Below, piece by piece: positions 1-14,006 of a stretch of DNA of 64,000 nt. Origin of the DNA: Octopus vulgaris. Taxonomy: Eukaryota. A program made the translations under genes and the position numbers. How positions within the stretch are numbered: the stretch's first letter is position 1; every line of letters begins with the position of its first letter. The notes under the pieces are model-generated. The model did no database searches. It saw only the letters and a list, made by a program, of their open reading frames with translations, and was not told the origin of the DNA. The stretch is from assembly GCA_951406725.2 (NCBI GenBank), contig OX597837.1, positions 36,332,001-36,396,000 of the forward strand, given 5' to 3'.

Positions 1-790
1 ACGAAAAGGAGGAGAAGAAGAAGAAGAAGAAGAAGAAGAAGAAGAAGAAGAAGAGGAGGAAGAAGAAGAAGAAGAAGAAAAGAACAACAACAAAACGAAG
101 AAAAAAAAGAACAATAACAACAAAGGAAGAAAAAGAAAAAGAAGCAGAAGAAGAAAAATAAGGCCAACAACAATAACAACAAAAAGAAGAAAAAGAAGAA
201 AAAAGAAAAAGAAGAACAATAACAACAAAAAGAGGGAAAGGAAGAAAAAGAAGAACAACGAAAAGAAGAAGAAAAAGAAGAAAAAAGAAGAACAGTAACA
301 AGAACAATAACAACAACAAAAAGAAGGAAAGGATGAAAAAGAAGAACAACGAAAAGAAGAAAAAGAAGAAAAAGAACAATAACAAAAACAAGAAGAAGAA
401 AAAGAATAAGAATAAGAATAAGAATAAGAAGACGAAGAAGAAGAAGAAGAAGAAGAAGAAGAAGAAGAAGAAGAAGAAGAAGAAGAAGAAGGGCAACAGC
501 AGCATTATTCCAAAGAGCATTAACAGCAGTTGTAGCAACAACAAGAACATGAGGAGCAACGATCATCATAACAACACCAGCAGTCGCAACAATAGCAATA
601 ACAACAAAAAATAGCAACGGCCTTCCGAAGGAGAACGTTGCATCTGTAGCAACGGACGAGATAAAAAAAAAAAAACTATGCCAGCGATAGCAACAACAGC
701 AACAATCAGATCAGCAAATCTCACAACAACAGCAAGAGCAACAACAACAATAATAACAACAGCAACAACGACAATAACAACCACAACATC
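1..790. repeat. (GAA)n/(CAA)n low-complexity tract
   Basis: Directly visible trinucleotide runs; the poly-K/N ORFs here are artefacts. Confidence 0.9.
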
Positions 791-1118
791 TCACTGCACC
801 AGTTAGTCTTCTCCTCCTCCTGTCTCCCTCTCCCTCACCTGGACAAACGCACCGACTTACCAAACACTTTTGACCTCCTTCTTAACACCAAACCCGGTCC
901 CTACCCTAACCCTAACCTAAACCCTCAACCCACCCCGCCCCTACGTCAGCCCCCCCTCTCTGCCTCCCATCAGTTCGTCTGATTTACTGTCTAATGAACC
1001 CAACCCCCCCCTTACCGCCTCCTCTCCAAACCCCTGACCTCCACCGCCTCTCAAACACCTCAACTGCTCCAAGTCTATTAACAACTCGGACCTCTGCCAG
1101 TTCGATCTTGCTGTGAAC

Positions 1119-1200
1119 GGGGCGTGGCCGAATGGTTAAAAAGTTTGCTTCACAATCACCAGCTCTCGAATTCGATCCCGCTGCGGATGATATCGCACGA
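1119..1200 (+). mobile_element. Degenerate tRNA-derived SINE head
   Basis: A-box TGGCCGAATGG and B-box-like GAATTCGATCCC at 1168-1179; resembles the heads at 20281 and 61882. Confidence 0.55.
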
Positions 1201-1659
1201 ATGTTTATCTAATGATCTATATCTCTCTCTTTCCCGCTGTCTCTCCCTTTCTGCCCCCCCCTCTCTCTCTCGCTCTAGTTTATAAATTAGAGACAGGTAT
1301 TCTCTGTATAGAATACACTTCGTGTTGCTCAAGAGATTTGAACTTGAGCAGGTGGAACAGTAAATGTAAGGACAAGCAAGTTAGGCAAATAGATACACAA
1401 AAAATATTAAATACGTTTAATACTAAAAAAATCTACATATGTTAACATATAAAAAGGTTGGACTTAAACGGAATAGAAATAATTTCAGGAATTAAAGTGG
1501 TTGAATAAGTGTTTTACGAGTCCAACAGCTGTTTCGAGGGGTTTGGTGGTCCAAAATAATGATTGTAAATTGATCCCATCATCAGATAATACCAGCCTCC
1601 GTCTTCAGGGAAGAATTTTATATTTGACGTGTTGACAGAAAGGAGTTTAAAAATATATG

Positions 1660-1881
1660 TACTGGAGAGTGCTGAAAAGTTCCTGGCTTTAAGGGTATCT
1701 CGAAAAACCTGGTTTGAGGTTCAACCTTCCGAGTTTTTTTTACAGAACTTAGAAAACTGAAGGACCACTGCAGTAAATGTGTGAATCTGAAGGGGAATAC
1801 ATTGAATAAAATCATAATTAACTGATCCTCCCGTATTTTCTTTTATCCTGAGCCAAGAACATTTCAGCACATCCTCATGTA
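1660..1881 (+). mobile_element. Non-autonomous mariner element (TIRs plus transposase C-terminal remnant)
   Basis: Imperfect TIRs GTGCTGAAAAGTTCCTGGCT / AGCCAAGAACATTTCAGCAC with TA flanks. The interior reads [20 protein letters not shown], like a mariner C-terminus. A second copy lies at 20760-20965. Confidence 0.7.
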
Positions 1882-1892
1882 TATACATACAT

Positions 1893-2042
<150 letters not shown>

Positions 2043-2044
2043 AC

Positions 2045-2104
<60 letters not shown>

Positions 2105-2169
2105 GCATGTATATATATATATATCTGTAACTCCATAAACCGGCCTACTCCACTGTAATATTTACTGAT

Positions 2170-2757
2170 CTCTTGACAACAAATGTTGATGTGTTCACGT
2201 CCCCGTAGCTTAGCAGTTCGGCAAAAGACTTTGCCTTTCATCCTATCGGGGTCGATAAATTAAGTACCAGTGACGCACTGGAGTCTATGGAATCGACTTA
2301 ATCCCTTTGTCTGTGCTTGTTTGACCCCTCTATGTTTAGCCCCAGTGTGAGCAATGAAATAAATACATATAACATAAGCCATATTTTGCTCAGTTCTTTA
2401 CAACTCCGTGTTTTCGGGTTCAATCCCACTGCACGGCACCATCGATGAAATATCTTCTATTATAGTCCCAGGTCAACCGATTCATTGTGAATGAGTTTTG
2501 GGGTCGAAAACAGTAAGGGGCCCGTCGTACGTGTATGCACGTGCGCTCATGTGTTCGCGCGTGAGAGGCTTTGTGTTTGACTCCCACCACTTCAAAACTT
2601 AGGTTGGTTTGCTTACGCCCAGATAACTTAGAGGTTCAGCAATAAGATACGGGAAGAATAAATACGAAGCTTTAACATATTTACTAGGATGGATTTGCTC
2701 CGCTAAATCCTTCGAGGTGGAGCCGTAGTATGGCTGCAGTTCAATGACTGTAACAGA
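2170..2757 (+). mobile_element. Adjacent degenerate SINE fragments (family B/A chimera, then a family B variant)
   Basis: CCCCGTAGCTTAGCAGTTCGGCAAAAGA joined to TTTGCCTTTCATCCTATCGGGGTCGATAAATTAAGTACCAG; then B-box GGGTTCAATCCC (~2416) and a tail ending GGCTGCAGTTCAATGACTGTAACA. Confidence 0.7.
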
Positions 2758-3182
2758 CACACACACTTACACATACATACATACATACATACATACATAC
2801 ATACATACATACATAAATACATACATACATGTATGCATGTATGTATGTATGCATGCATACATACATACAAACACATGCATGCATGCATACACACATACAT
2901 TCACATACATACATATACACACATACATACACATACATGCGTACACACATACATACATACATACATACATACACACACACTCACGCGCATAAACATACAA
3001 ACATACACACATACATATATGCATACGTTCATACATACATTCATACACAGATGTAACACAAATCTTTCTTCTTCTTCTTCTTCTTCTTCTTCTTCATCTT
3101 CTTTTTCTTCTTTTTCTTCTTCCTTTTCTTCTTCTTCTTTTTCTTCTTTTTCTTCTTCTTCATCACCACCATCATCATCATT

Positions 3183-3231
<49 letters not shown>

Positions 3232-3619
3232 CCATTTCCCTTATTTTTCTGCATTTTTTTTATTTGTCTTTGTTATTTTTGTTTTTTGTTATTATCGTTT
3301 GTTTGCCATTTTTTTTCTTTGTTATATTTATCTTTGATTTATCGTTAAAGAGAATTGAATGTAAATCAAAGATGAATATTTGACAAAAAAAAAAAATACC
3401 GAAAAAAAAAACAAACAAACAAAAGAGACCAACTTGGAAGCAACCAAAATCCTCTGTAATTAGGAATTTGACACGGAAACTAAAACAAATGGTTTCGGCT
3501 TGTCTTCGTTTCATTCCTTAATTTCTTCAATATTCGACAGATTTTTTTATCCTTTCATTTTCTTTATATTTCATGAATTTTTTATTGCTCCATCCATACA
3601 CACACACACACACACACAA

Positions 3620-3680
<61 letters not shown>

Positions 3681-3824
3681 TTATGTGTGTGTGTATGTTT
3701 TCGTTTCTCATTGTGTTCGACGTCCCTTTGGTGTCCTGTACTCATATATGCGTGTATATATACATGTAGAGGTAGGTACGTACATATATGTTTATATATA
3801 TGCATATGTTTTATTTCATTTATT

Positions 3825-3894
<70 letters not shown>

Positions 3895-3907
3895 CATATA
3901 TATATAC

Positions 3908-3976
<69 letters not shown>

Positions 3977-4614
3977 TCATAGTTTTTGACATTTGGTTTG
4001 TTTACAAGAAAATATATGTAAAAAAAAGAACAAAGATGTACGTAGAAGATATGGAAATATAAAGAAAAAAGGTGGTGATAGGAGTTGGACGGTGTTTGTA
4101 ATAAAAGTGTATCTCGGAAAAATTTCGTCCAGCAAGAGGGTTATTATTGAATTCCGTTCAAGAGAGTATTTGATGTTGAGTGGGGGATATTTTTTAGGAA
4201 GGAAGGAGGGAAGGAAGGAAAGAAAGAAAGAAGGAAGGAAGGAAGGAAGGAAGGAAGGAAGGAGGATGAAAGGGAAGGGATATGAGAGGAGGGGAGAAGG
4301 GGAGAAAGAAAGAAGGAAACGGTGGGAAAACGAGGAACAAAGAGATAAAGATAAAAGAAAGAAAACTAGAAAGAAGGAAAGAAAGAAAGAAAACTAGAAA
4401 GAAGGAAAGAAAGAAGGAATAAGAGAAATAAGAAGAAAAGAAAAGAGGGGAACAATAAAGAAGGAAAGAAAGAAAGAAAGGAAAGAAAGAAAGAAAGAAA
4501 GAAGGAAGGAAAGGAAGAAAGAAAGAAAGGAAGGAAGAAAGAAAGAAAGAAAGAAAGAAAGGAAGGAAGTAAGGAAGTAAGGAAGAAAGAAAGAAACAAA
4601 GAAAGAAAGAAGGA

Positions 4615-4678
<64 letters not shown>

Positions 4679-4756
4679 AACCAGAGCTTATCCCTTACTT
4701 CAATATATAAGTTTCCCCATAAAATATCTTTAAGCAATAAATTGAAGGAAATCAAT

Positions 4757-4970
4757 TAAGCGGCGAGTTGACAAAATCATTAGCATGCCGGACAAAACGT
4801 TTAGCGGCATTTCGACGATCTGGTTTCGAATTTCGCCGAGGTCGTCTTTGCAGTTCATCCATTCATGGTCAATGAAATAAGCGCCAGTCAAATACTGGGG
4901 TAGATGTAGTCAACTGCCCCACTTCTCCCCGAAATTTCAGGCCTTGTACCTTTAGTAGAAAGGATTATTA
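4757..4970 (+). mobile_element. tRNA-derived SINE, family A (Nin/Deu-like domain), (ATT)n-tail subtype
   Basis: GCGGCGAGTTG head, degenerate B-box, TTCATCC..GGTCAATGAAATAAG, and tail AAATTTCAGGCCTTGTACC..GTAGAAAGGATTATT. Confidence 0.8.
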
Positions 4971-5321
4971 CCGCCAGCTTAGCGAAGGCGGAGGTATTGT
5001 TTTCAGTTGTGTTTGTTTGTTGGTTTGTCCGTGGACAAGATATCTCAAGAACCACTGGATGAATTCGGATGAAACTTTCAGGGATGTTTGGCCTTGTGAC
5101 TGGCACGAACTGATTAGATTTGGGGATCGATCCGGTACCAGACAAGGATGCTAGATTTTTTTTTTAAACTTAATTTTTGAGAGCGGTCGGGTTCATTTTT
5201 AGTATTCTCGTTTGTGAAAACCGTCGAGTTTATTTCAGATATTCTCATTTTAAAAGCACCTCTGGCTAATAGTTGAGAGGACGTTGGTGGTGCCTTGATG
5301 GAAGTTTGCGATCTCTGAGTG
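4965..5321 (+). mobile_element. Helentron-associated non-autonomous element (HINE/DINE-1-like)
   Basis: 5' TTATTACCGCC..AAGGCGGAGG short inverted repeat, then (GTTT)n, internal GGATGAAACTTTCAGG..GATTAGATTTGGGG..GATCCGG, and 3' CCTTGATGGAAGTTTGCGATCTCTGAGTG; this layout is typical of the class. Confidence 0.6.
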
Positions 5322-5347
5322 TTGTTGTTGTTGTTGTTGTTGTTACT

Positions 5348-5800
5348 AAGGCAACGAGCTGGCAGAATTGTTAGCATGCTAGACGAAATGCTTAGCTGTA
5401 TTTCACCCATCGCTATGTTCTGAGTTCAAATTCCACCAAGGTCAACTTTGCGTTTCATCCTTTCGGGCTCGATAAATTAAGTACCAGTTGAGTTCTGGGG
5501 TCGATGTAATCGCCTACACCCTCCCTCAAATTTCAGGCCTAGTGCCCATAATAGAGAGGGTTATTACTAAGGTGGTGAGCGAGCGAAACTGTAGGTGCAT
5601 CAGACAAAATGCTTAGTGGCATTTCATCTGTCTTTAAGTTCTGAGTTCAAATTCCACTGTGGTCGATTTTTACCTTTTATTTTTTGGGAGTTGATGATAA
5701 CAAGTACAAGTCAAGCACTGGGGTGGGGCTGTCAATGTAATCGACTGGCCCCCTTAACCCCTAAATTTCAGGCTCTGCGCCTAGGGTAGAAAGGATCATT
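5348..5800 (+). mobile_element. Two tandem family A SINEs
   Basis: Heads at ~5348 and ~5567, each with GTTCTGAGTTCAAATTCC and an AAATTTCAGGC tail. Confidence 0.85.
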
Positions 5801-5932
5801 GTCGTTGCTGTTGTTGTTGTTGCTGTTCTTGTTGTTGTTGTTGTTGTTGTTGTTGTTCTTCTTCTTCTTCTTCTTCTTCTTCTTCTTCTTCTTCTTCTTC
5901 TTCTTCTTCTTCTTCTTCTTCTTCTTCTAATC

Positions 5933-6014
<82 letters not shown>

Positions 6015-6026
6015 AAGAAGAAGAAG

Positions 6027-6345
6027 AATGATAGCAAAAGAGGCTGATTGCTACCTAGTTCAGATACCAGGAAACCCCCAAAATGGCAGAAATTCAAAGG
6101 ATAGTGATCATGGGAACTGTCCATATCCTACGCAAAATACTTTCTATGTAATCTCAAATTTTAAAACAAACATAATTTTCTTATGGTTTCTTAAACATTC
6201 TCTAGAACAACACTAAGTACAAAAGCAAATATATGGCCCCCTAGGCATTAACACCAACATGAACTTGCAACTTGTTGTCTCTTGAGGTCTCTAGGGGAGA
6301 CTTGAAGCCAACTTGTACAAATGCAAAGCAAAAGTCAAACATAAA
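6027..6345 (+). mobile_element. Dong/R4-clade LINE 3' end (ORF C-terminus and 3' UTR)
   Basis: MIAKEADCYLVQIPGNP then (frameshift) MAEIQRIVIMGTVHILRKILSM*; collinear with 11260-11573 and 45303-45575. Confidence 0.85.
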
Positions 6346-6407
6346 ATAATGATGATGATGATGATGAGGAGGAGGAGGAGGAGGAGGAGAAGGAGGAGGG
6401 AGATGAG

Positions 6408-6875
6408 GATAAAGCTAACAATTATAGGCCAATCATTTGCTTACCATTAGTGTGGAAGCTGTTAACAGGAATACTTTCGGAAAGTATTTACGAGCACCTT
6501 GACAACCAGAATTTACTGCAAGAAGAACAGAAAGGTTTTCAGGAAGAGAGCAAGAGGAACGCATGCTCTACTATATATAGACAAAGCAGTTCTAAATGAA
6601 ATAAAAGCTAGAAAGAAAAATCTAACAACAGCATAGATAGATTATAAGAAAGCCTATGACATGATCCCATACTCATGGATAAGTGAATATTTGAGAAGAT
6701 TCAGTAAAGCAGACAAAGTAAGAGAATTAATTAGCTTTAGCAGGAAGAAATGGAAAGTAGATCTCTACTCGGGTGACACGCTCTTAGGGAAAATTAATAT
6801 CAAAAGAGGAGTTTTCCAGGGGGACTCGTTGTCCCCTTTAATATTTGTCTTATGTTTGATCCCCCTCAGTTTAGT

Positions 6876-6876
<1 letters not shown>
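6408..6876 (+). pseudogene. Non-LTR reverse transcriptase fragment (R4/Dong-like), frameshifted, with an in-frame stop
   Basis: NYRPIICLPLVWKLLTGIL..EEQKGF/RKRARGT..LYID..*IDYKKAYDMIPYSWI..RGVFQGDSLSPLIFVLCLIPLS, matching the N-terminal RT motifs. Confidence 0.9.
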
Positions 6877-6915
<39 letters not shown>

Positions 6916-6919
<4 letters not shown>

Positions 6920-7158
6920 CCCTTATTCAGGGACCTTTTGAGCGGGATGGGCTACTCAACCTGAAGAAAATTCTAACTGGGCCCCACCTGCAAGGTCATG
7001 TGCTGTTTATCTTGATATGAGATCACTATGTCGCGCACATATGGTTGTGATGCATGTGCCTGGTGTACCCTTATCAGACGGGTAGTCATGACGGGTATAT
7101 TGGGCTTCGTATATTTTACCCCAGTGTCACTTTGATGGCATGCACTGCTCTCTCACTC

Positions 7159-7160
<2 letters not shown>
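6916..7160 (+). mobile_element. Non-coding (AAT)n-tailed repeat 'X' (retroposon 3' UTR or non-autonomous element), 5'-truncated
   Basis: Near-identical to 10160-10405 and to the reverse complement of 45643-45870; ends CTCTCACTC(AAT)n. Confidence 0.8.
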
Positions 7161-7235
<75 letters not shown>

Positions 7236-7322
7236 TAATAATGAAAATACTACAGTTCAATCATGTAACTTCCATGCGTGCTATTAATGTCACTTTTCGT
7301 TCTCTGAACTTTTCCGTTTTCC

Positions 7323-7355
7323 TTTCTGATGATGAGCTATGCTCGAAACGTCAAA
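7323..7355 (+). ncRNA. Minimal type-I hammerhead ribozyme motif (Penelope-like)
   Basis: uuu CUGAUGA U GAGC-uau-GCUC GAAA CG UC aaa: intact core, 4-bp stem II, palindromic ACGU stem III, weak 3-bp stem I. Confidence 0.65.
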
Positions 7356-7489
7356 AACCCTCTCTTTTTACCCAGCGTCAAACTAATGCATTCCATGCGT
7401 GCGTTGTTTTCTTATTGTTATTTCTAATGTTTTATTATTCGATTTGAGTATACATATTCTTATGTCATTATCATCATCATCAACATCAT

Positions 7490-7680
7490 CGTATAACGTC
7501 CACCTTCCATCCTGGGATGGATGGACTGCACCAGACTTCTGCGTCTGATTTGACAGGATCTTTACGGCCGGATACCCTTCCTAACACTAATCCCTCAGCA
7601 GAGTGGACTCAGTGCCTTTTAAGTTGCACAACTGACGAGATCAGTTTTGACAGGGTTTTTACAGCTGGACGCCCTTCCAA
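7490..7680 (-). mobile_element. Degenerate SINE/RTE-related fragment with (TGA)n tail
   Basis: Minus strand GTTAGGAAGGGTATCCGGCCGTAAA, present twice in degenerate form, ending GGACGTTATACGATGATG. Confidence 0.5.
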
Positions 7681-7969
7681 AGGGCAATATACGAATATGT
7701 AGATATATATTGGTATATATATATATATATTGGTATATATGCACACACACACACACGCACATGCGCGCGCGCACACACACACTTCTGTTTTATGTCGCAA
7801 CTCCGAGTCATGTCGATCATAATTCTCCGTTATACAACAATCCACTTATAAATATTAAGTGAGATCACTCAGTGAGTGAAGCTTCAGATTAGATTGGACG
7901 AGTTCGGATGAACTCTTTTAAGAACACTTGTGTACATTATTGCTCCACACAGATAAACATGTATATGTG

Positions 7970-8015
<46 letters not shown>

Positions 8016-8040
8016 TATATACACACACACTCACACACAA

Positions 8041-8079
<39 letters not shown>

Positions 8080-8105
8080 CATGAAGCTGCATATGTGTGT
8101 GTAAG

Positions 8106-8166
<61 letters not shown>

Positions 8167-8333
8167 GTATCTATATATGTGTATACATATATATATATAC
8201 ATAAACACACAGACATATATATTAATGTATGCGCGCGCCTGTGTGTGTTTGTGTATAGATGCAAATATATATACACATAAATATACATACATATATATGT
8301 ATGGACGTTTGTATATATATATATATGTATATA

Positions 8334-8377
<44 letters not shown>

Positions 8378-8426
8378 TAAATACGCAGACATATATATAT
8401 ATGTGTGTGTGTGCGTGTATGGACAG

Positions 8427-8461
<35 letters not shown>

Positions 8462-9011
8462 AATATACATACATCTGTGTGTGTCTGTGTGTGTGTGTGC
8501 GTACGTACAATTATCTGTCTGTGTGTCTTCACAAACGGATATTGATCTAAATACTATTAACATCAATACGGAATTTAGGCTTACTTATTTCATTATCTAT
8601 TTATCTGCTGCTAATGTGGCTGTGGGTGGTGGTGGTGGTGGTGGTGGTGGTGGTGGTGGTGGTGGTGGTGGTGGTGGTGGAGGTGGTGGTGGTGGTGGTG
8701 GTGGTGGTGGTGGTGGTGGTGGTGGTAGTAGTGGCGGTGGTGGTGGTAGTGGTGGCGGTGGTGGTGGTGGTAGTGGCGGTGGTGGTGGTGGTGGTGGTGG
8801 TGGTGGTGGTGGTGATGTTCCTGTTGCTGCTGCTGCTGCTGCTCCTGCTGCTACTGTTGTTGTTGTTGATGATGATGTTGTTGTCGTTAATAGATTTGGC
8901 ATCGTTTTAACCGTTCTGATCGCCGCCACCAGCACCTCCACCAGCTGCACCACCGCCATCTTCTTGACTATCATCATCATCGTCCTTGTCGCCGCTGTCG
9001 TTGTCACCATC

Positions 9012-9042
<31 letters not shown>

Positions 9043-9160
9043 TCATCACCACCACCACCACCATCAACACCATTATCATCGTCATCGTCACTATCATCAT
9101 CATCATCATCATCAAATTTTCCGAAGATCCTCGTAATTTCTGGCCTTGTGCCAATATCAG

Positions 9161-9241
<81 letters not shown>

Positions 9242-9315
9242 AGAGGAGGAGGAAGAGGATGTCTGCAGTTATTTACAATCATTCATATTCACCATTTCAT
9301 TATCAATATTTACTC

Positions 9316-9372
<57 letters not shown>

Positions 9373-9377
9373 GTATA

Positions 9378-9488
<111 letters not shown>

Positions 9489-9516
9489 AAGCCCTCCCCA
9501 ATATGTTATTACTGCG

Positions 9517-9741
9517 TAAGGCGGCGAGTTGGCACAATCGTTAAGCACGGCGGGAAAAATGCTTTGCGGCACTTTGCGGCAGTTTTCATAATCGGAAGTT
9601 CAAAATCCGCCATGGTTGACTTAGCTTTCATCCATCAGGAGTCGATAAATTCAGTACCAGTTACGTACTGGCGTCGATGTAGTCGACTGGCCGCCTCCCC
9701 AAAATTTCAAGCCTTGTACCTATCGTAGAAAGGATTATTAT
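9517..9741 (+). mobile_element. Family A SINE
   Basis: AAGGCGGCGAGTTGGCA head, AGTTCAAAATCC B-box, tail GTAGAAAGGATTATT. Confidence 0.8.
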
Positions 9742-9759
9742 TGGTGTTGTTGTTGTTAA

Positions 9760-9814
<55 letters not shown>

Positions 9815-9818
9815 TTAA

Positions 9819-9955
<137 letters not shown>

Positions 9956-9960
9956 TTTAA

Positions 9961-9997
<37 letters not shown>

Positions 9998-10011
9998 TTA
10001 ATAATAATAAT

Positions 10012-10045
<34 letters not shown>

Positions 10046-10046
<1 letters not shown>

Positions 10047-10404
10047 GTAGTGGGGAAGTAGCATTGTTTTGGGGAGCATCATAGCCATGTGTTGAGAAGG
10101 ATTCTTTGGGGTTTGAATAATTCACCTCTGGAAACATGGGTGTTTCGTTCAACGTCCTTAAACAACCCTTATTCAGGGACCTTTTGAGCGGGATGGGTTA
10201 CTCGATCTGAAGAAAATTCTAATTGGGCTCCACCTGCAAGGTCATGTGCTGTTTATCTTGATATGAGATCACCATGTCGCGCACATATGGTTGTGATGCA
10301 TGTGCCTGGTGTACCCTTATCAGACGGGTAGTCATGATGGGTATACTGGGCTTCGTATATTTTACCCCAGTGTCACTTTGATGGCATGCTCTGCTCGCTC
10401 ACTC

Positions 10405-10405
<1 letters not shown>
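10046..10405 (+). mobile_element. Repeat 'X', (AAT)n-flanked
   Basis: Matches 6916-7160 and 45643-45975; flanked on both sides by (AAT)n. Confidence 0.8.
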
Positions 10406-10482
<77 letters not shown>

Positions 10483-10486
10483 GATG

Positions 10487-10543
<57 letters not shown>

Positions 10544-10544
10544 G

Positions 10545-11575
10545 GTACTAAAATCAAGCGCAGAAAAAGCTAAACGCATGAAAACCCGTGCTAAAACTGC
10601 TGCATTAGATATTCTGAATGATAAATGGCAAGAAAAACCTCTTTATGGCAAATACCCAAAGAGAGTGAATAATGCAGATTTTGACAAAGCCCTTACTCAT
10701 GAATGGCTAATGGTTTCTGGCCTAGAATCAGAAACAGAAGGGTTTATCATAGCAGCCCAAGATCAATGACTACCTATAAGGAACTACCAGGCCAACATAT
10801 TAAAGAATGGCAGAATATGTCGTGTACATCAACAACAAAATGAGACCATTGGTCATGTTGTCTCCATGTGCAGTCTTCTTGCGCCTACAGGGTATCTCAA
10901 CAGGCATGATAGAGCTGCACAATATATTCACTGGGTAATTTGCACAAACCTGGACTTCCTCCATGATAAAAACTGGTGGGAGCACAAACCACCCCCAAAG
11001 CTTGAAAATGATCACATCTCACTCCTCTGGAACTTCACCAATTCAAACTGACAGAAAGATAGATGCGAATAGTCCAGACATTATATTGAAAGAATTCAGA
11101 CAAAAAACATGCCTCCTCGTTGATATGACTGTCCCAATCGATATAAACGCATCTGTCAACCTACCAGAAACTGAGAAAATATAAAGATCTGGAAATAGAA
11201 ATCAGCAAAATGTGGAACCTGAAGACTAAAACGATACCTGTTGTCATAGGTGCCCTGGGAATGATAGCAAAAGGGGCTGATTGCTACCTAACTCAGATAC
11301 CAGGAAACCCCAACATGGCAGAAATTCAAAAGATAGTGCTCATGGGAACTGCTCATATCCTACGCAAAATACTTTCTATGTAATCTCAAGTTTTAAAACA
11401 AACATAATTTTCTTATGGTTTCTTAAACATTCTCTAGAACAACACTATGTACAAAACCAAATATATGACATCCTAGGCATAACACCAACATGAATTTTCA
11501 ATTTCTTGTCTCTTGAGGTCTCTGGGTGAGACTGGGAGCCAACTTGTACAAATACAAATCAAAAGTCAAACATGA
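10545..11575 (+). pseudogene. 5'-truncated Dong/R4-clade LINE (CCHC knuckle, REL endonuclease, 3' UTR), with stop and frameshifts
   Basis: KWQEKPLYGKY..GLESETEGFIIAAQDQ*..CRVHQQQNETIGHVVSMC..YLNRHD..LLWNF..PIQTD..PDII..LLVDMTVP..KYKDLEIEISKMW..PVVIGALG..GTAHILRKILSM* (stop at 11381-11383); sits within (AAT)n. Confidence 0.92.
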
Positions 11576-11646
11576 AGTAATAATAATAATAATGATAATA
11601 ATAAAAATAATAATAAATATAATATCATTATTAATATTATTATTAA

Positions 11647-11722
<76 letters not shown>

Positions 11723-11734
11723 CAGCTGTAAATT

Positions 11735-11921
11735 TAGTCACAAGGGCAGCAATTTGGGGAGTAGGGGAAGAGTCGATTACATCGACTCCAGTATGTAAAT
11801 GGTACTTATTTTGTCGACTCTGAAAGGATGAAAGGCAAAGTCTACCTCGGCGAAATTTGAATTCAGAACGTAACGGCTGACAAAATACAGCTAAGCATTT
11901 CGCCCGGCGTTCACCGCCTCA

Positions 11922-11978
<57 letters not shown>

Positions 11979-12111
11979 TTCGTCTGTGCTCACGTTCTGA
12001 GTTCAAATATCATCGGAGTCTATAAATTAAGTACCAGTTACGTAATGAGGACGATGTAATCGGCTGGTCCACTTATCCGAAATTTCAGGCCTTGTGCCTA
12101 TTGTAGAAAGA

Positions 12112-12120
<9 letters not shown>
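11735..12120. mobile_element. Two family A SINE fragments (minus 11735-11920, plus 11980-12120)
   Basis: AAAGGATGAAAGGCAAAGT..AATTTGAATTCAGAACG on minus; GTTCTGAGTTCAAAT..AAATTTCAGGCCTTGTGCC on plus. Confidence 0.8.
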
Positions 12121-12201
<81 letters not shown>

Positions 12202-12309
12202 TACTTGTATTTGTTCAAGAATCAACTGACGCTTAAGAAAAGAAAATACTCAATCTGAATAAAATTACTTTAAAATTAGATTTTAACAAGAATCGTGAGA
12301 AAATTTTAT

Positions 12310-13008
12310 GCATTTATATACACACACACATATACATACATACACACACACACACACACATACATACAAGCATACACACCACACACATACATACGCACAT
12401 ACCTACATACATACATACATACATACATACATGCATACATACATACATACGCACATACCTACATACATACATACATACATACATACATACATACATACAC
12501 ACACACATACATACATACATACATACATAAATACATACATACATACATACATACATACATACATACACACACACATACATAAATACATACATACATACAT
12601 ACATACATACATACACACACACACATACATACATACATATATACATACATACATGAATACATACATACATACATACATACATACATACATACACACACAT
12701 ACATACATACATACACACACATACATAGATGCACACACATACATACATACATACATACATACATACGTATGTACATACATACATACATAAATACATACAT
12801 GCATACATACATACATAAATACATACACATATGCATGTATACATACATATGTACACACATACATGCATACATACGTTCATACAAAAGTACCCTGTTGTTG
12901 ATGAAGGAGCCTAGAATCTAGGTTAGAAACCGGTTCTTTCTCTATTGGCAAGAAATCTTGATATAAACTGAATAATGACATACACACATAAACACATACA
13001 TACATGCA

Positions 13009-13039
<31 letters not shown>

Positions 13040-13318
13040 GTACATACATACGTACATATGTACATACATACGTACATACATACATACATATGTACATACA
13101 TACATACATACATACAAGAATACTCCGCTGTTGATGTTGAAATTCAAATAAATGAATGGATCTAGGTTAGAAACCGGCTCTGTTCCTATTGGCATACATA
13201 CATAACCGTGCATACACACATGCATGCATACGTACATACACACACATACATAAATACATTCATATATACATACATAAATACATTCATATATACATTCATA
13301 TATACATACATACATACA

Positions 13319-13349
<31 letters not shown>

Positions 13350-13752
13350 GTACATACATACGTACATATGTACATACATACGTACATACATACATACATA
13401 TGTACATACATACATACATACATACAAGAATACTCCGCTGTTGATGTTGAAATTCAAATAAATGAATGGATCTAGGTTAGAAACCGGCTCTGTTCCTATT
13501 GGCATACATACATAACCGTGCATACACACATGCATGCATACGTACATACACACACATACATAAATACATTCATATATACATACATAATACATACATACAT
13601 ACATACATACATAATACATACATACATACATACATACATACATACATACATACATACATAATACATACATGCATACATACATACATATATACATACATAT
13701 ATACATACATACATACATAATACATACATACATACATACATACACACATACA

Positions 13753-13784
<32 letters not shown>

Positions 13785-13838
13785 CACATACATACAAACA
13801 TACATACATACATACACACACTTATATACATACATAGA

Positions 13839-13870
<32 letters not shown>

Positions 13871-13975
13871 CGCATACATACAAACATACATACATACATA
13901 CATACATTCATACACACACTTATATACAAACATACATACACACACTTATATACATACATACATACACAAACTTAT

Positions 13976-14006
<31 letters not shown>

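Noticed and set aside
895-930. Telomere-like CCCTAA repeats
   Set aside because: Only 2-3 imperfect units; not an interstitial telomere array.
1518-1612. Minus-strand hammerhead (CUGAAGA or CUGAUGA ... GAAACAGCUGUU)
   Set aside because: The 3' half is good but stems I and II are ambiguous; likely a decayed relic, so it is not counted.
4060-4200. Possible Penelope ORF C-terminus on the minus strand (..NTLLN..IITSC..)
   Set aside because: Requires frameshifts and is too short to support without a search.
8625-8813. G-quadruplex function of (GGT)n runs
   Set aside because: Only two-tier potential, generic to the microsatellite, with no specific evidence.
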